Source: Macrostomum lignano (taxonomy: Eukaryota). From it: a stretch of 64,000 bases of DNA. The notes under the pieces were generated by a model. It made no database searches. It was not told the DNA's origin and was given only the letters and a program-made list of their open reading frames with translations. Below, piece by piece: positions 60,311 to 64,000 of the stretch. Within the stretch, counting starts at the first letter, position 1. Every line of letters begins with the position of its first letter. The stretch lies in contig NIVC01000305.1 of the NCBI GenBank assembly GCA_002269645.1, positions 310,001 to 374,000 on the forward strand, read 5' to 3'. Made by a program: the position numbers and the translations under genes.

Positions 60311-60949
60311 TTGTCTCGTGGCCTGAGAAACCGCGGCTTTTATTAATTAGCTAATTAAAGTTTCTACAGGAAAATTTAGTGAATTGACGAAACTGTTAAA
60401 AACAATTTAAAAACTTTCCATATTTCTTGCCATTGCTAAGCTGAACACGAATAAAATTATTCAATAAAACTACACACTGACAAAGAAAAAAGATAACAAA
60501 ACATAAATATACTACTGCTGTCAATGTTTTAATTGTTTTAAAGAAACGAGAAACGATTAAACAAAAAAATCAGTCGCACTTTTTTATTTGTTGTTTTAAT
60601 GAGGATAAATAGTTTTGAAAAATAAATAGCTTTATTAAAATGTTGAAACAAAAAAGTAAAAATTGGACGAAGTTTTCATAACCAGTGGCCAAAATATGGC
60701 AAAATGGGAGATCAAGTAAAAAGTAGAGTATTAAAAAAAGAAAAGAAAAAATAATTTAAAAAAGATTGCGTTTTACTACTTGTGGTAATTAGTGGTGTTA
60801 ATATGCTGTTAGCCGATAAAATGCAGGACTCACGGTCCTTAACTGCACTGGGTCAATAAAAAAATAAACTTGGGATTAATTTTGTAAGCGCTTCATCATA
60901 TAAAAATTAGGGGAAAAACTTTCGACTCTTCGGTGGTGCTCAGAATAAG

Positions 60950-61545
60950 AGATCTAAGATACTCAGAATGAGGATCTGAGAGATACTCAGTGCTCAGAAT
61001 GAGGATCTGAGAGATACTCAGTGCTCAGAATGAGAGATCTGAGAGATACTCAGTGCTCAGAATGAGGATCTGAGAGATACTCAGTGCTCAGAATGAGAGA
61101 TCTGAGAGATACTCAGTGCTCAGAATGAGGATCTGAGAGATACTCAGTGCTCAGAATGAGAGATCTGAGAGATACTCAGTGCTCAGAATGAGGATCTGAG
61201 AGATACTCAGTGCTCAGAATGAGAGATCTGAGAGATACTCAGTGCTCAGAATGAGAGATCTGAGAGATACTCAGTGCTCAGAATGAGAGATCTGAGAGAT
61301 ACTCAGTGCTCAGAATGAGGATCTGAGAGATACTCAGTGCTCAGAATGAGAGATCTGAGAGATACTCAGTGCTCAGAATGAGGATCTGAGAGATACTCAG
61401 TGCTCAGAATGAGGATCTGAGAGATACTCAGTGCTCAGAATGAGAGATCTGAGAGATACTCAGTGCTCAGAATGAGGATCTGAGAGATAGTCAGTGCTCA
61501 GAATGAGGATCTGAGAGATACTCAGTGCTCAGAATGAGGATCAGG
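60950..61545. repeat. 31-32 bp minisatellite (GAGATACTCAGTGCTCAGAATGAGGATCTGA)
   Basis: Tandem copies. Confidence 0.95.
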
Positions 61546-61654
61546 AACATGGAAAACCAGATTATTAGGGACATAAAGGGATTGCCAATGTCAGTCAGAG
61601 TATCAGGTAATTCCCAATGCTCAGCAGGCCTCATCAACAAGCTCAGAGCAGTGC

Positions 61655-61994
61655 TCACTCGCCGTCGCCGGCATCAGGCCCCGGCAGCACAGCAAAGAAG
61701 TGGCGCAGCGGGCGCAGCAGGTGGGCAACCAGAGGCAGACACCAGCTGCGGCCAATCAGCTTGCGCCTGCCAAGGTCGGTCAGTCCGCAGTCCGTGTAGT
61801 GTGCCGGGAAACCGAAGAGCCGCTCGAGCTCCGTCACCCACAGGGCGTCCGGGAGGCCGTCAGCGTCGGCCACCGGCAGGGAGCCGTCGGGGCCGCGGCC
61901 GCTGCAGCGCTTCGTGGTGACGCAGCCGACGGTGGCGTGACGGGCGGCGCGGCCGCTGCGAGGGTCGATGCAGCTGGCCAGATGGCGCTGGCGC
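61655..61994 (-). CDS. DNMT3: DNA (cytosine-5) methyltransferase 3-like, last coding exon (motifs IX-X)
   Basis: LASCIDP..GRAARHATVGCVTT..SLPV..DALWVTELERLFGFPAHYTD..RRKLIGRSWCLPLVAHLLRPLRHFF matches the DNMT3A C-terminus ([45 protein letters not shown]); acceptor position approximate. Confidence 0.9.
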
Positions 61995-62029
61995 CTTCGG
62001 GATGGGATTGACGCTTTTTGTTCAGGGAG

Positions 62030-63965
62030 TGACTGGTTCAGGGAGTGACGCTTTCTGTTCCGGGAGTGACTGGTTCAGGGAGTGACGCTTTCTGTTCAGG
62101 AAGTGACTGGTTCAGGGAGTGACGCTTTCTGTTCAGGAAGTGACTGGTTCAGGGAGTGACGCTTTCTGTTCAGGGAGTGACGCTTTCTGTTCAGGGAGTG
62201 ATGCTTTCTGTTCAGGGAGTGACTGGTTTAGGGAGTGACGCTTTCTGTTCAGGGAGTGATGCTTTCTGTTCAGGGAGTGACTGGTTCAGGGAGTGACGCT
62301 TTCTGTTCAGGTAGTGACTGGTTCAGGGAGTGACGCTTTCTGTTCAGGGAGTGACTGGTTCAGGGAGTGACGCTTTCTGTTCAGGGAGTGACTGGTTCAG
62401 GGAGTGACGCTTTCTGTTCCGGGAGTGACTGGTTCAGGGAGTGACGCTTTCTGTTAAGGAAGTGACTGGTTCAGGGAGTGACGCTTTCTGTTCAGGGAGT
62501 GACTGGTTCAGGGAGTGACGCTTTCTGTTCAGGGAGTGACTGGTTCAGGGAGTGACGCTTTCTGTTCAGGGAGTGACTGGTTCAGGGAGTGACGCTTTCT
62601 GTTCAGGAAGTGACTGGTTCAGGGAGTGACGCTTTCTGTTCAGGGAGTGACGCTTTCTGTTCAGGGAGTGATGCTTTCTGTTCAGGGAGTGACTGGTTTA
62701 GGGAGTGACGCTTTCTGTTCAGGGAGTGATGCTTTCTGTTCAGGGAGTGACTGGTTCAGGGAGTGACGCTTTCTGTTCAGGTAGTGACTGGTTCAGGGAG
62801 TGACGCTTTCTGTTCAGGGAGTGACTGGTTCAGGGAGTGACGCTTTCTGTTCAGGGAGTGACTGGTTCAGGGAGTGACGCTTTCTGTTCCGGGAGTGACT
62901 GATTCAGGGAGTGACGCTTTCTGTTAAGGAAGTGACTGGTTCAGGGAGTGACGCTTTCTGTTCAGGGAGTGACTGGTTCAGGGAGTGACGCTTTCTGTTC
63001 AGGGAGTGACTGGTTCAGGGAGTGACGCTTTCTGTTCAGGGAGTGACTGGTTCAGGGAGTGACGCTTTCTGTTCAGGGAGTGACGCTTTCTGTTCAGGGA
63101 GTGACGCTTTCTGTTCAGGGAGTGACGCTTTCTGTTCAGGGAGTGACGCTTTCTGTTCAGGGAGTGACGCTTTCTGTTCAGGGAGTGACTGGTTCAGTGA
63201 GTGACGCTTTCTGTTCAGGGAGTGACTGGGTCAGGGAGTGACGCTTTCTGTTCAGGGAGTGACGCTTTCTGTTCAGGGAGTGACGCTTTCTGTTCAGGGA
63301 GTGACGCTTTCTGTTCAGGGAGTGACGCTTTCTGTTCAGGGAGTGACTGGGTCAGGGAGTGACTGGGTCAGGGAGTGACTGGGTCAGGGAGTGACTGGGT
63401 CAGGGAGTGACTGGGTCAGGGAGTGACTGGGTCAGGGAGTGACTGGGTCAGGGAGTGACTGGTTCAGGAGTGACTGGTTCAGGGAGTGACGCTTTCTGTT
63501 CAGGGAGTGACTGGGTCAGGGAGTGACTGGTTCAGGGAGTGACGCTTTCTGTTCAGGGAGTGACGCTTTCTGTTCAGGGAGTGACTGGTTCAGGGAGTGA
63601 CTGGTTCAGGAGTGACTGGTTCAGGGAGTGACGCTTTCTGTTCAGGGAGTGACTGGGTCAGGGAGTGACTGGTTCAGGGAGTGACTGGTTCAGGGAGTGA
63701 CTGGTTCAGGGAGTGACTGGTTCAGGGAGTGACTGGTTCAGGGAGTGACTGGTTCAGGGAGTGAGTGGTTTAGGGAGTGACTGGTTCAGGGAGTGACTGG
63801 TTCAGGGAGTGACTGGTTCAGGGAGTGACTGGTTCAGGGAGTGACTGGTTCAGGGAGTGACTGGTTCAGGGAGTGACTGGTTCAGGGAGTGACTGGTTCA
63901 GGGAGTGACTGGTTCAGGGAGTGACTCGTTCAGGGAGTGACTGGTTCAGGGAGTGACTGGTTCTG
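62030..63965. repeat. Compound 16/21-bp minisatellite (TTCAGGGAGTGACTGG / TTCAGGGAGTGACGCTTTCTG), probably a DNMT3 intron
   Basis: Interleaved tandem units. Confidence 0.95.
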
Positions 63966-64000
63966 AGGGTGTGGCTTTGGGAGAACCAACCAGACCCAGT

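Overview
Eukaryotic (metazoan) genomic DNA with GT-AG spliced genes whose introns are packed with gene-specific minisatellites. The style and gene content suggest a free-living flatworm such as Macrostomum (inference, not verified). Gene models reconstructed by hand from splice sites and reading phase: (1) terminal exon of a PX-domain-like gene (+, ~892-1563); (2) 3-exon polypeptide GalNAc-transferase, GALNT11-like, without a lectin domain (+, 4123-6611); (3) 6-exon CNG channel alpha subunit (-, 23949-9835) with a 1-bp frameshift in exon 5 and a perfect RFX X-box in intron 1; (4) 3-exon Rap1 GTPase (-, 41172-25991) whose second intron is a 13.6-kb 28-bp minisatellite; (5) Kir inward-rectifier K+ channel (+, ~52541-56356); (6) an orphan ORF (+, 58786-59460); (7) last coding exon of a DNMT3-type DNA methyltransferase (-, ~61994-61655). 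The AT-rich 41.2-50.7 kb region is a transposon graveyard: a LINE remnant, a mariner with TIRs, two MITEs and two copies of a 28S-rRNA-derived fragment. These show C-to-T decay at CpG and also at CpA/TpG (RIP-like). All multi-kb ORFs in the ORF track are tandem-repeat artefacts. No CRISPR array and no intact rRNA or tRNA gene was found.
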